Shown in pieces: positions 11,671 to 24,800 of a DNA stretch of 64,000 nt. The stretch comes from Octopus vulgaris. Its lineage: Eukaryota. Within the stretch, counting starts at the first letter, position 1. Each line of letters starts with the position of its first letter. The stretch is from positions 103,974,001 through 104,038,000 of the forward strand of contig OX597818.1 in the NCBI GenBank assembly GCA_951406725.2, in the 5' to 3' direction. The notes under the pieces are model-generated. The model did not search any database, was not told the DNA's origin, and was given only the letters and a program-made list of their open reading frames with translations. A program made the position numbers and the translations under genes.

Positions 11671-12529
11671 CGCAAGCGCTAAGAACATTGATGTTGATCT
11701 TGAAAATAATAATTGCACAATATGACATCTAAAACACAAAACAAGTCATAAGATGTTTAAATTCCAACCACGCTCATAAGAAATAAATGAAAATAAAACT
11801 GGGAAAGCATTAGTGTCAAATTTAATATCTCCACACGTTAAGGAATCTTTGTCAGCACAACGTAATTTAATAGAATCAGAAGTATTAACGGCACCATAAA
11901 TACAAAACCCACCTGAGATTTTCATTCCAGTTGACTGTCACCCATTAAACCCGAGGATTTTTTTCTTTTTTTCTTTTCCATGGATTAATGTGTACAATAA
12001 AACCAAGACCGTATTTTTTATTCTTCTTCAAATGGTTATGTTGTCATATTGGCAACGTATAAAAATTTCTGATGTTGATCCCACTCACCGTCACCTTGAG
12101 TAAGTGCATTGTATCATGTCTCGAGTTGAACCGCTTTGGAGGACTAAAAATAGATGGAGACTTTAAGAGAACTCAAAGAGTACCTCATATTTCTGTACAT
12201 TGTGTAATCGGTTGCCAGGGTTAATATGACTAATGTCCTCTCTCTGCATTTTTGTTGCGACCATTCTGCCGAAAACAGCTCGATACATTTGGTTCACTAC
12301 ACCCAGTATTTAATTCTTGAGTTTAGTTTAATTCCTTCAGTTTTGTTAGTATTCTCAAAGTTCCCTTTAAAGTTGTGTGGGAAGAACACTTACGCATTTC
12401 AATAAACTGTAAAATGAAGTAAGAATGATTTCCAACCTTATGAAAACAAACGGAATTTTATATATTTTCAAAATCTATTGTATGTTTATGCTTACTGTAA
12501 AAAAAATTAATAATTGCAATTCTTTCAAA

Positions 12530-12732
12530 TTTTGCTACAAGGGCAGCACTTTCTGGGGAGCGTAATTCGACTTACATCGGTCCTAAATTTCAACTGGCAC
12601 TTAATTTATCGACTCCGGAACAACGGAAAGCAAAGTCGACCTCGGTTGAATTAGTACTTAAAACGTAGCGAGTGCCGATATTCCGCTAAGTATTTCGTCT
12701 AGTGCGCAAACGATTCTGCCAGCTCACTGCCC
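12530..12732 (-). mobile_element. SINE family S2 monomer, diverged
   Basis: GCAAAGTCGACCTCGG..CGATTCTGCCAGCTCACTGCC. Confidence 0.75.
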
Positions 12733-12808
<76 letters not shown>

Positions 12809-12809
<1 letters not shown>

Positions 12810-13354
12810 CAGTACCAGGCAGTGGCTCTCATGGCTTCTGATCTTAACTGATTGGAAGTGTTATCATGTACATTGTTTTGTCTTGGTATAAAAGATGGGC
12901 TACAGCAAATATTCTGCTCAATACCACAGATTTGCTTGTCAGTTGTTTGACCTTAACCAGTTGAGCATGTCCCTTAGTGGCTGACGATATGTGCATCTCT
13001 GATCACGAGCAGAAGTAGTGGGGGAGCATCATAGCCATGTGTTGAGAGGGATTCTTTGGGGTTTGAATAGTTCACCTCTGGAAACATGGGTGGTTCTTTC
13101 AACATCCTTAAACAACCCTTATTCAGGGACCGTTTGAGCGGGATGGGCTACTCAACCTGAAGAAAATTCTAACTGGGCCCCACCTGCAAGGTCATGTGCT
13201 GTTTATCTTGATATGAGATCACCATGTCGGGCACATATGGTTGTGATGCATGTGCCTGGTGTACCTTTATCAGACGGGTAGTCATGATGGGTATATTGGG
13301 CTTCGTATATTTTACCCCAGTGTCACTTTGATGGCATGAACTGCTCTCTCACTC

Positions 13355-13355
<1 letters not shown>
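12809..13355 (+). mobile_element. Retroposon 3' region in an (AAT)n tract (longer copy of 8371-8656)
   Basis: Flanked by (AAT)n on both sides. Its last 285 bp or so match 8371-8656. No ORF is present and the parent element is unidentified. Confidence 0.75.
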
Positions 13356-13395
<40 letters not shown>

Positions 13396-13630
13396 TGATA
13401 ATCTCCCATGTTATCAAATTTTGCTTTAAATTCACTGCGTGGTCATATCCATAGAATCGTTATTTTGGCCTTTGTCCGATTTGAAGGAAATTTGCTCCCT
13501 ATATCTTTTCCAAAAGAGACAGACAGTTTAGACATTGGGAGTCCGGAGAATAACTAATAAAACAGTTCTATATTTAAGAGATGAGGAATTATGTACATTA
13601 TTTATATTTGACCTCATCTTGTTTATTATT

Positions 13631-13675
13631 AACACAACGTTTCGGCTGAAATACCCCCTGCCTTCATCGGGTGTC
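13631..13675 (-). ncRNA. Minimal hammerhead motif (core CCGATGA)
   Basis: Minus strand: GACAC CCGATGA A GGC AGGGGGTATTTCA GCC GAAA CG TT GTGTT. Confidence 0.65.
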
Positions 13676-13900
13676 TTGGAGAAATTTTGAACCTGGGTTC
13701 TTATTCCTGAGGTATATTTGATGTTGTTGTTGTTGTTGTTGTTGTTATTATTATTATTAATGTCACTACCTGGAATCGAATACGGAATCTTGGGGTCAGT
13801 AGCCCGGACTCTTAACCACTACGCCATATGTCCAAGATTCCAAGTGCGATTCCAGGCAGTGACCTTAATAATAATAATAATAATTATAATAATAATAATG

Positions 13901-13932
<32 letters not shown>

Positions 13933-13933
<1 letters not shown>

Positions 13934-14889
13934 TATTGAAAGAAAAACCTCTCTATGGCAAATACCCAAAGAGAGCGAATAATGCAGATGTTAACAAAGC
14001 CCTGGCCCATCAATGGCTAATGGCCTCTGGCTTAAAATCTGAAACAGAAGGGTTTATCATAGCAGCTCAAGATCAATGCCTACCAATAAGGAACTACCAG
14101 GCCAACATATTAAAGAACGGCAGTAGCCCAACATGTGTATGTCAAGAACAAAATGAAACCATTGATCATGTTGTCTCCAAGTGCAGTCTTCTAGCGCCTA
14201 CAGAGTATCTCAACAGGCATGATAGAGCTGCACAATATATCCACTGGGTAATCTGCAAAAACCTGGATTTGCCTCATGAAAAAACCTGGTGGGAACACAA
14301 ACCACCTCCAGTGCTTGAAAATGACCACATCTCACTCCTCTGGAACTTCCTCATTCAAACTGACAGAAAGATAGATGCAAATGGGCCAGACATCATATTG
14401 AAAGACTTCAAACAAAGAACATGCCTCCTCATTGATATGATTGCCCCAATCGATATAAACGTATCTGTCAAGACTTACCAAAAACTGAGCAAATATAAAG
14501 ATCTTGAAATAGAAATCAGCAAAATGTGGAACCTGAAGACTAAAACAATACCTGTTGTCACAGGTGCCCTGGGAATGATAGCAAAAGGGGCTGATCGCTA
14601 CCTAACTCTGATACCAGGAAACACCAAAATGGCAGAAATTCAAAAGATAGTGCTCATGGGAACTGCTCATATCCTACGCAAAATACTTTCTATGTAATCG
14701 CAAGTTTTAAAACAAACATAATTTTCGTGTGGTTTTTTAGGCATTCACTAGTACAACACTAAATACAAAACCAAATATATGGCACACTAGGCATAACAAC
14801 ATCACGAACTTTCAACCTGTTGTCTCTTGAGGTCTCTGGGTGAGACTTGGAGCCAACTTGTACAAATATAAAGCAAAAGTCAAACATAG
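13933..14889 (+). mobile_element. 5'-truncated R4/Dong-like element (CCHC, RLE endonuclease, 3' UTR)
   Basis: The frame is open to 14697: ETEGFIIAAQDQ, C-VC..ETIDHVVSKC, RHD, PDIILKD, KLSKYKDL, GTAHILRKIL. (AAT)n lies on both sides. Confidence 0.9.
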
Positions 14890-14916
14890 AATAATAATAA
14901 TAATGATAATAATAAC

Positions 14917-15464
<548 letters not shown>

Positions 15465-15512
15465 ATCAAAAAATACCGTAGGAATGAGAACCCAGGTTCA
15501 AAATTTCCCTAA

Positions 15513-15558
15513 GACACCTGATGAAGGCTGGAGGGTGTATCAGCCAAAACATTGTGTT
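15513..15558 (+). ncRNA. Minimal hammerhead motif (two CpG-type transitions)
   Basis: GACAC CTGATGA A GGCTG GAGGGTGTAT CAGCC AAAA CA TT GTGTT. Confidence 0.6.
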
Positions 15559-15981
15559 AACAATAAAGAAGATGAGGAGAAATATCCGTCAACTATAAAT
15601 AATGTCAATAATATAACTAATAAAATTTTTAATTAGTTTCTGAGCGTGAAGTCGATACCAAAAGTATGTCGATGTCTGCAAGGTAGAAAGACTCTCCCGG
15701 TAGAATAGACTGAAATGATATTTCAAAGAGAAAGATTAAGTATAGTGTGATTAGCGTGGGTCTTAAGGGATGCAGAGGTGTGGGGGGCATGATAGGAAGT
15801 CTACTTAAGGAAATGGTTGAGGTGTGGCACATGTGATGTACAACTACTTCCTTGTGGAGGAAACAAAAGGGAGCGTTCTGGTCTTTATAAATATGACAGA
15901 GTGTTTACATTGTTGTAGTATAAATCGTACGATCGGGGTTTCATTCTCGTATGCCTTCATTGGTTTTCAGCTATTTATGTA

Positions 15982-16494
15982 CCGTAATTCTTCGAGTATA
16001 ATCCGCATTTTCCCCCAAAAATTTAAAGGTCAAAATCCCTAGTGCGTACTCTATACGTGGTTAAAAATGAAAAATATTTTCTAAGCAATGTCCGAGTCTC
16101 TATTTGCTGTTCGGCAATGTTTATTCAGACGCATTTTGTGATGTCGGGCGCGAAAATACCTTAAGCTAAGCCTGATAGCAATGAAGAATCATCTATAACT
16201 TGCAGTTAGCAACATTTGTTAAAGTAAAAGTATTCAAAACACAGAATAACATATAAGAAAAACAATTTGAAAACCTATTTACATTCCCATATAACAGTTA
16301 AGAACATCACCATTATTGTATTATGCATGTGCGGAAGTTTTTGTTCGCCGAGTTGCTGCTGGCTTAATTACGCACGACTCATGTTAGGGAAGGGGTGCGT
16401 ATTATACAGAAGGTTTAGGTTTTTCAGAGGTACGACCCCCTAAAAATCCCCTGCGTATTATACTCAAGGGCGGACAATACTCGAGGATTTACGG
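15982..16494. mobile_element. Non-autonomous pogo/Tc1-mariner-type MITE
   Basis: Imperfect TIRs CCGTAATTCTTCGAGTATAATCCGC / GCGGACAATACTCGAGGATTTACGG. TA flanks both sides (15980-81 and 16495-96). Subterminal GCGTATTATAC repeats are present. Confidence 0.85.
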
Positions 16495-17231
16495 TATTTA
16501 GAATTAATACCACTCCCGGTCAGTAAGCTGTAACAATTGACTTTCGTATTTCCACGGTAGTCAATGGAAAATATATGGTAGTGTTTGTTTCTTTGTTATC
16601 ATGATGAATGTGACATTTCTCCATGTACGTCATACTGAAAAATTGACAGGGATTTTTTTTTTAAAATAGCACTTGCAGTGAATTCTCAGATACGAATTAA
16701 AAGTTTCATGTCGTGAATGTCAATGAGGCTCATGCCAAATTGACACTGGTCCATTGAAAATTTTGATAGATTATTTAGAACCCATTCAACGAGAAAACAG
16801 AGACTCCAGTAAAAGACAGAAATACAATGCTATAAATGAAACTGCGCACAGTGTCCTTAGGTGCATTCTCGTAGCTTATCAGCATGGTTATATTTAATTC
16901 GCAATAAATGCTAGCATTGTCACACAAACGCCTACATGCTTTACTCTGTTGAAAACGTTGTAAAACATTATTCACATGATTTGTTTTGGTTATTATTTGT
17001 TTTCGTTTCATAATTCAGCCGGTCGGATAATGTAAACAACAACGACCATTTTTTTTCAGGGTTGCTGAGACTACTGGTAAGAAAGCGGAAATTTATCTGC
17101 AGACTAAATAACTGTCAAAAATCGTGTAAAATGTTCTAAATATACCTAAAAGGAATCAATAATCAGATATAATCATAAATACGGTAAATGATTGCAGTGT
17201 TTACTGAAAGAAATTAAGAACCAGGTATTAG

Positions 17232-17378
<147 letters not shown>

Positions 17379-17383
17379 ATATA

Positions 17384-17567
17384 GTTAATCCAAACATGAA
17401 AACACAAAGAGAAAACACAACAACGCGAGGACGTGGAACAAATATAGTATTATTGGACGCTCAGGAAAGAAGGAAAGAAGGAGGGTTTAACGTTTCGAGC
17501 GGAGCTCTTCGTCAGAAACATAGGAAAAGGAAAGATCCGAGGAAGGGAAGACGGAGGAAAAAAAAAA
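17384..17567 (-). mobile_element. Probable PLE pLTR fragment in (TA)n
   Basis: Non-repetitive block between TA tracts that contains a hammerhead motif. It ends ...GGATTAAC-(TA)n on the minus strand. Confidence 0.65.
17485..17519 (-). ncRNA. Minimal type I hammerhead ribozyme, core intact
   Basis: Minus strand: GTTT CTGACGA A GAGC TCC GCTC GAAA CG TT AAAC. Stem I is GUUU/AAAC, stem II is GAGC/GCUC and stem III is the palindrome ACGU. Confidence 0.8.
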
Positions 17568-17949
17568 TATATATATATATATATGGTGACAGATGACAAA
17601 TACTAGAAAAAACAAAGATACAGTCAATCCAATGAACACCAGCTGAGTTACCGCCTAAACAACTTTACATTAAAGACTTGTTATATTAAACTATGTTCGA
17701 ATTTATGTAACACTCAGTTAAAAAGTGAACATAAGATTCAATATGCTTATGCTTCTGGTTTTAAGAAATTGCATTTTCCACAATGGTCTTGTTATCTTTG
17801 TTGTGTTTCCCCAGTAACATTTGAATAAGAAAAGATACTCAATGCTTATTGATCTGAAAAATATATGGTTGCTATTTCTATTCCAAGATTGAGCAGAGAG
17901 ATGCTGTTTCCCTCGGTCGTGCATATGTACAAGATTAACATTTAGGTCA

Positions 17950-18600
17950 CTTTAACTAAGGAATTCTAGTAGTAAATATCGATTTTTTAGGCTGTAGAAA
18001 AGGTTCAGTGTTAACAAACACGAACTTGTGCTTCCAATGAGTTAGGTGTAATTTAAAATCATCTTGGCTTGTATTTCTAACAGTACGATCAGACGTTTAG
18101 ACATTCTCTTTTTGGCGCGATAAACTTTAGGTTTACTGTTTGTATATTTATGGTTACTACAAATATACTAACATATCTACTAACATTGAATTTCCAAAGC
18201 GTATAAATAAATTTAATTTATCTTTAGAATATGTTCAATCTAAATTTTCTTTAATAATCTATCTCCATTTAAAAACATATCATCTGTTTTCTAATGGGAA
18301 TTCATTTGATATTTTTTGTAGTAAACCATATGTCGCTTCACTGATTTATTTGTATTGTTGGTGTATGTGCTTTGTCTTCTCTTGTTGCTTTCTAAGACAG
18401 ATGTGTCTATATGATGGTTTGTGTATCCGCTGTTAATTAAATTTGTTTTATACGCATAGCTTCTTTATTGAATAGTAGATCGCAAGAGGATATTGAATGG
18501 ACTGTTCTTAGTAAAGAGTTAATGACTCATATCTGATATTTATCCGGACATTCGCTGCTATTGTGTTTATGTTTTGAACTGATTTGGTCGATTTATTATC
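17950..18600 (-). mobile_element. Old PLE remnant (RT thumb region)
   Basis: Minus strand across frameshifts reads N..SECPDKY..VINSLLRTVHSISS..FNKEAMRIKQ.LINSGYTNHHID, resembling the PLE thumb. Boundaries are approximate. Confidence 0.5.
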
Positions 18601-18879
18601 CTTAACTTAAATATTGATTTCTATTATTGGCACAAGGCCACAAACATTTGTTGAGTGAAAGGGCATAGTAGATAAAATAGGTTCAGTACATTTATTGCAT
18701 TTAATATTCTCTAATGCAGCACAACGAAAAGTAAAATTTGATCTCAACGAAATTTCAACATAGAAAGTAATGTGTACGTAGATTATTTTACCAGATGCTC
18801 CCAGGAGTCCGACGATCCACGAAAATAGTCTTCCTTTCATATACAAAAGATCCGAAGTATTAACAGACGAGCTAGGCGA

Positions 18880-19392
18880 GTACATCGATTTCGATATTCA
18901 ACTTGTTCTTATGTCATCAACCTCAAAACAATCGGAGGCAAAGTCGACCTCTCTGTAATTTGGACTCAGAACATAAAAAAGCGAAAATTTGTCGCTTTCT
19001 TGCACCGACATTTTGACACAAGGTCAACGAGACCAGATAAGGGTGTAAGTCGGTTACATCGACCCTAGTAGTCAACGAGTACTTATTCTACTGACTACGA
19101 AACGATGAAGGCCAAAGTCGACCTCAGCGGAATTTCAACGTAGAACATGAGGACGGATAAATACCCGTTTCTATACTACCCACAAGGGGCTAAACACAGA
19201 GAAGACAAACAGGGACAGACAAACGGATTAAGTCGATTATATAAACCCTAGTGCGTAACTGATACTTAATTTATCGACCCCGAAAGAATGAAAGGCAAAG
19301 TCGACTTCGACGGAAGTTGAATTCAGAACGCAACGACAGACCAAATACCGCTAAGCATTTCGACCGCTGCGATATCTTGCCAGCTCACCGCT
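18880..19392 (-). mobile_element. Cluster of SINE S2 units
   Basis: Three CAAAGTCGAC(C/T)TC units. The head complement GCCAGCTCACCGC is at about 19380-19392. Confidence 0.75.
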
Positions 19393-19540
19393 TTTTATAT
19401 CAACCAAAATATTAGCATCTAAACTTATAGTTTAAAGATACATTCGTAATATGATAGTAAAGTATAATTGTTTTATATTTATTTCTATGAATTTAATTAG
19501 TTCAATTTCTTGATGGCTGTTTTATTTTCTAGTCTACATA

Positions 19541-19943
19541 TGTAGGTGGGGCTGTTTGGTAAGCAAAATCCCTTTTCAACCACATTGTCCCAGATCCGGT
19601 CCCACTGCGGGGCGTCTTGTACAAGTGTTCTCTGCCATAGGCATAGACTTGTGAATGGATTTGGTAGACGGAAACTGAAAGAAGTTCGTCATATACAACT
19701 TTTTATGTATGTATTTATGTGTGCGTGCTTTTATGTCTGTGTTTTTCCTACCCCACCGCTCGATAACCGACATTGGTGCGTTTACATCTCAGTTACTTAG
19801 TAGTTCGGCAAGAGAAACGACAGAATAAGTACTTGGCTTTAAAAAATAAATCCTGGAGTCGATTTGGTCGACTAAAGCCCTTCAAGTCGGTGCCCCAGCT
19901 TGGCTGCAGTCAAAAACGACTGACACAAATATAAGATAAGAGA
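19541..19943 (+). mobile_element. SINE family S1, diverged
   Basis: TTGTGAATGGATTTGGTAGACGGAAACTGAAAGAAG and the family 3' end. Confidence 0.8.
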
Positions 19944-20298
19944 GATGAAGCACATGTTGAAAGTTGTTTTTTTTCTTTTTGCGGATTCACCATGGATGTC
20001 CACTCGATTTGTATTCGTTTATCCATTTATTTAGTTGATATTGGTTTCATTCAATCAATTGGAGCATCGATGGTTACCACAATATGTTACTACATAATCT
20101 ATGTATCTCTTTTTCTTTCGAAACCCTACGTAAAATACTTTTGCTCATCACCGGTTAATTTATATATAGATTTATTCAAAGAGCTTCAATATATTTAACT
20201 TTGAGTTATTATGACTTTAAGACGGATCATGAGATTGTTTGATGAGAAGGAATCGTTTATACATCCTTATATGTATATGTGTGTAAATATACATACAT

Positions 20299-20347
<49 letters not shown>

Positions 20348-20351
<4 letters not shown>

Positions 20352-20640
20352 CGTGACCAACCAGAGTATCAGATGTTGCTACACATTGCTGGTCACAATG
20401 CGCTTCGCATTGTTTTAGCCCTCACATGACGCCACCCTGCTGGCTAAGCGAGCAAGCCAACAGAAAAAAGAGTGAGAGAAAGTTGTGGTGAAAGAGTACA
20501 GCAGGGATCGCCATGAACCCCTGCCGGAACGTCGTGGAGTTTTAGGTGTTTCCGCTTAATAAACGCTCACAACGCCCGGTCTGGGTATCATCGAAACTGC
20601 GATCCTACAACCGCTACTCCGCTGCCTTAACCACTGGGCA
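20348..20640 (-). mobile_element. tRNA-derived SINE family S3
   Basis: Reverse complement of 41093-41389. Confidence 0.8.
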
Positions 20641-21200
20641 CACACAAACACACACACATACACACACACACACACGCACACTCACACACACACACACGCA
20701 CACACGCACACACACACAACACACACACACACATATATATATATATGTATATAATATATACAAATATGAAGTGTATGCATGTTTGTATGCGTATGCCTAC
20801 ACATACTCGTGTGGGCAATGGAGTAATATTTGATGATGTTATACGTGATATTTTTGAAGTATATCAATAAACTCATATGATGAGGTTCTCATGGAATTAA
20901 CGATTTTTAGTATACGACTTTCGTTATTTGTTCTAAGCGACTGCACTGACTTATGAAATGTTTGATTTAATACGATAACGTAACAGTTTTATGATGCTCT
21001 GTTCTGCTATATTTATATTTACATTCAATATGTTTGAGTAGTTTATCTTTATTAAGGCAATTAATAAGTTTAAGTGACGTTAGTTAAATTATCTTTGTTT
21101 TAGATAATAACAGTTTCACGTTTATCGGTCATTGCTTCTAACAGCGACAACAACAATGACAGCGTCAGCAATGATGATGATGATGATGACGACGAGAACG

Positions 21201-21267
<67 letters not shown>

Positions 21268-21560
21268 TAATAATAATAATAATAAAACAGAGCTCCGGGT
21301 AGAATAACAACATGGATGTTCCCTGGGAGCCTCTCTCCAAAAAACGAATTTAATCCAACACCATCGTTGCAATGGAAGAAAGGTTCCACAAAATATCTTT
21401 TCCCAATTTTCTTTTAAGGCAAAGCAACTAAAAAGTCCGAACTATTATTGCCATATATAGTATGGTTTTCTTTCTTTTATGCATAATATTTCCATGTGAC
21501 ATGCATAAAAAATAGAAACGAACATCAGAGCTCTTGAAAGACAGTAAGTACATAAATTGA

Positions 21561-21617
21561 TTAATTAATTAATTAATTAATTAATTAATTAATTAATTAA
21601 TTAATTAATTAATTAAG
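21561..21617. repeat. (TTAA)n palindromic tetranucleotide tract
   Basis: Directly visible. Confidence 0.9.
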
Positions 21618-21816
21618 TATACATGCAACTGTTTATGCATACACGTACACATTTTAATTATAGAGCATAAATAATGCTTACACGCGCTCACACGTACACA
21701 CAGAAAGAAAAACCACGTTACGCGGACGAAAACAAAACAAAAACAAAGTGATTTTTCACGAATAAACGCAAAAAAGAGCAAATTGGTCACTGAATTTAGA
21801 ACGTCACTGAATAGTT

Positions 21817-24800
21817 ATGCCCGGAAACATGTCTACCAAAAGAAATAGAGGCGAATTTCGATCTGTAAGTCTTGCGGTGTCTTGTCAAAAAGTTGACCCT
21901 GTACAAACAGTCTCTTCTTCTAACGTCACCGTCACAGAAGCGGCGTCTTGTCAAAAAGTTGACTCTGAAAAAATGGACCGCTCTGATGTCGCTGTCAATC
22001 ATTTAATGAAAACAAGCCAAAAATCATGCCGTATCGGTCATCGCCCGGGACAACAAGGACTGCGTTACCCAGTAGGGAACCAGACTGGGTTCGAAAAGTT
22101 TGCTGCTGGAACAAACTCTCAAAAAGACGATCTACCAGGTGACCAGAACCAGAATACTTCTAACTCTGGACTTGTAGTGACACCACCAAAATCACCACCT
22201 AAAGCAAAACGTATAAAATGGACCAGAGAGGACTATGGAGATGTGTTGAAAGCTTTTTATACAGCCCAACTAAACCCAAACAATAACCTCAGTGTACAAA
22301 CATACATCTCATGGAGAAATTCAGTAGGCAATGAAGTACGTAGATATATAGACGCAAATAAATTAAGTAATGTACGCAGAGATATAATTAAAAATAAAAG
22401 ACTAACTGACGCTGAAATTGACCAAATTAGGACACTAATAGTTCATGGTATACCAAAAGAAAACGGCAACGTTGTAGAAGAAATAGGCAACAGTAGCACA
22501 GAAGCCAGTGTACAAGCGGTAAATCAACTTCCCAATGGGGAAGTTAAACAAAGAATAGCGAAGACGGGAGATTTGAAAAAAGAGGAGAACGTAGACCTTC
22601 CTCAAGAAAACCAAAATAGAATTTGAGGTGAATAATAGAGAAAAGATTATGGAAGCAAAAGTGGACATTATGAGAGAACTCGGCAAGATTGAGCTCACTG
22701 ACATGGTTAATAGAGAACCGCTACGAAAGTTTTCAAACAGCACAAGAAATAACAACACAATCATGACATATAACGTTGCCCTAGGACAGATCTTAAGAAA
22801 TAAGGGGAATGATCTAACAACCTTAGATAATCTCATCTATTCCACTGCTAAAGTAGTAACTACCCAACTAGGTATTAAGATGACAAAGAAAAAGGCCAGG
22901 CATGTCAATGAACCTCCTAAGTGGAAAGTAGCGATACAAAAAGAGATTGAATCTCTACGGGCGGATGTTTCAGTTCTCGATGAGCTTGCTAGAGGAGTGA
23001 ATATTAAGTCGCGAAAAGCTAGAAAAATCATGCAAAAATATAAAATCAAAGATCTCATAAACCTCCCTATAACTAAGGAATTGTTGAAACAACGGATACA
23101 GTTGAAAGCTCATCGGCTTAGAAGGTATGACAAAAGAAACAAATTTTAACGACAAAATAATTTTTTTAAGATAGATGCAAAGAAATTTTACAAGGAAATT
23201 GGCAAAAATAAAATACACATAGAAGATCCACCTAAGATTGATGAAGTGGAGGCGTTCTGAAAGAAGGTATGGAGCAACGAAAAAGAGTTTAATGCTGAGG
23301 CTGACTGGATAGAACGTGAGAAAGAGAGACTGGATGAACTTGAAGAACAGAAATGGGAAGCAATAGGAATAGAGGAGCTAAGCTGTGTCCTTAAGAAGGC
23401 TCATAAATGGAAAACTCCAGGACTGGATCGGATCCCTAACTTCTGGCTGAATTGTTTGACAGAGGTACACGAAAATCTCGCTGCATCTCTGTCTGATGTC
23501 ATTCAGAACCCAGAGCAAATACCTGCTTGGCTGACTGAAGGAACCACCTACCTATTACCTAAAACCGAAGACGCAAAAAACCCAAAGAATTACCATCCAA
23601 TAACATGTCTCAACACCACCTACAAAATCCTCACATCCATAATAACGGAGAGAATGTACGCTTTCCTTGTACAAAATTATATCCTTCCACAAGCTCAAAA
23701 AGGTTGTAAAAGAAACTCTTATGGGTGCAAAGACCAATTGCTCATAAACAGAATGATTGTAGAGAATTACCGGAGAAAAAACAAAAACCTAAGTATGGCA
23801 TGGATAGACTACAGGAAAGCGTATGACAGTGTTCCACATAAATGGATACTCAAGGCCCTTGAGATATACAAGATCCCTCCTGTCGTCTCAAAATTCTTAC
23901 AGAATAGCATGACCATGTGGAACACACGTCTCTTCCTAAGCCATAGTAATGGGATGAGCCAGTCCAACAGCATCAACATCAAACGAGGCATCTTTCAAGG
24001 TGACTCCCTCTCTCCATTACTTTTTTGCATGGCACTGATCCCACTCTCAAAGGAATTGGATAGTACCAGATATGGGTACAAAGTTTTTAGTAAGTCAATA
24101 AACCACCTTTTCTATATGGACGACCTAAACTGTTTGCCAGGAATGACCAAGAGCTAGAAGGGCTGCTAACAACTGTTAATGAGTTTAGCAATGATATCGG
24201 AATGGATTTTGGCCTTTATAAGCGTGCTAAAGCAACTTTTGTAAGAGGCAAGCTCAGGCAAACAGCTTCTGTTAAATTAGATATTGACACTACCATCAAG
24301 GAACTTGACCCACAAGAAAGTTACAAATACCTAGGAATCAACGAAGGAGATGGTATATATCATGTTACTATGAAGGAAAAAATAAGAAAGGAATACTATA
24401 GGAGAATAAGGCTTGTACTGAAGACTGAACTCAACTCCAAAAATTGCATTGAGGCCATTAACACCCTGGCACTTCCAGTAGTCCAGTACAGTTTTAACAT
24501 CATTGACTGGAACCTTATGGAACTCCAACGCTTGGACAGGAAGACAAGAAAATTACTGACATCCAAGAATATGCACCACCCTAAGGCAGATGTAGACCGC
24601 CTGTACCTACCTAGAAGCAGCCAGGGGAGAGGAATGATGCAATTAGAGCTGTGCTATAAGACCTCTACTGTAGGAATGAACAGGTACCTATCTAGTACAA
24701 AGGACTGGATGCTGCGACTTGTGTGCGAACACGAAAGCAGCAAAAAGTTGCATTCTATTGTCAAGGAAGCTTATAATTTCGAAAGGGAACTAGACATTAA

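Noticed and set aside
21285-21350. HDV-like ribozyme at a possible 5' end of the R4 element
   Set aside because: Only a simple GCTCC/GGAGC hairpin is visible. The nested double pseudoknot could not be built and the element boundary is unknown.
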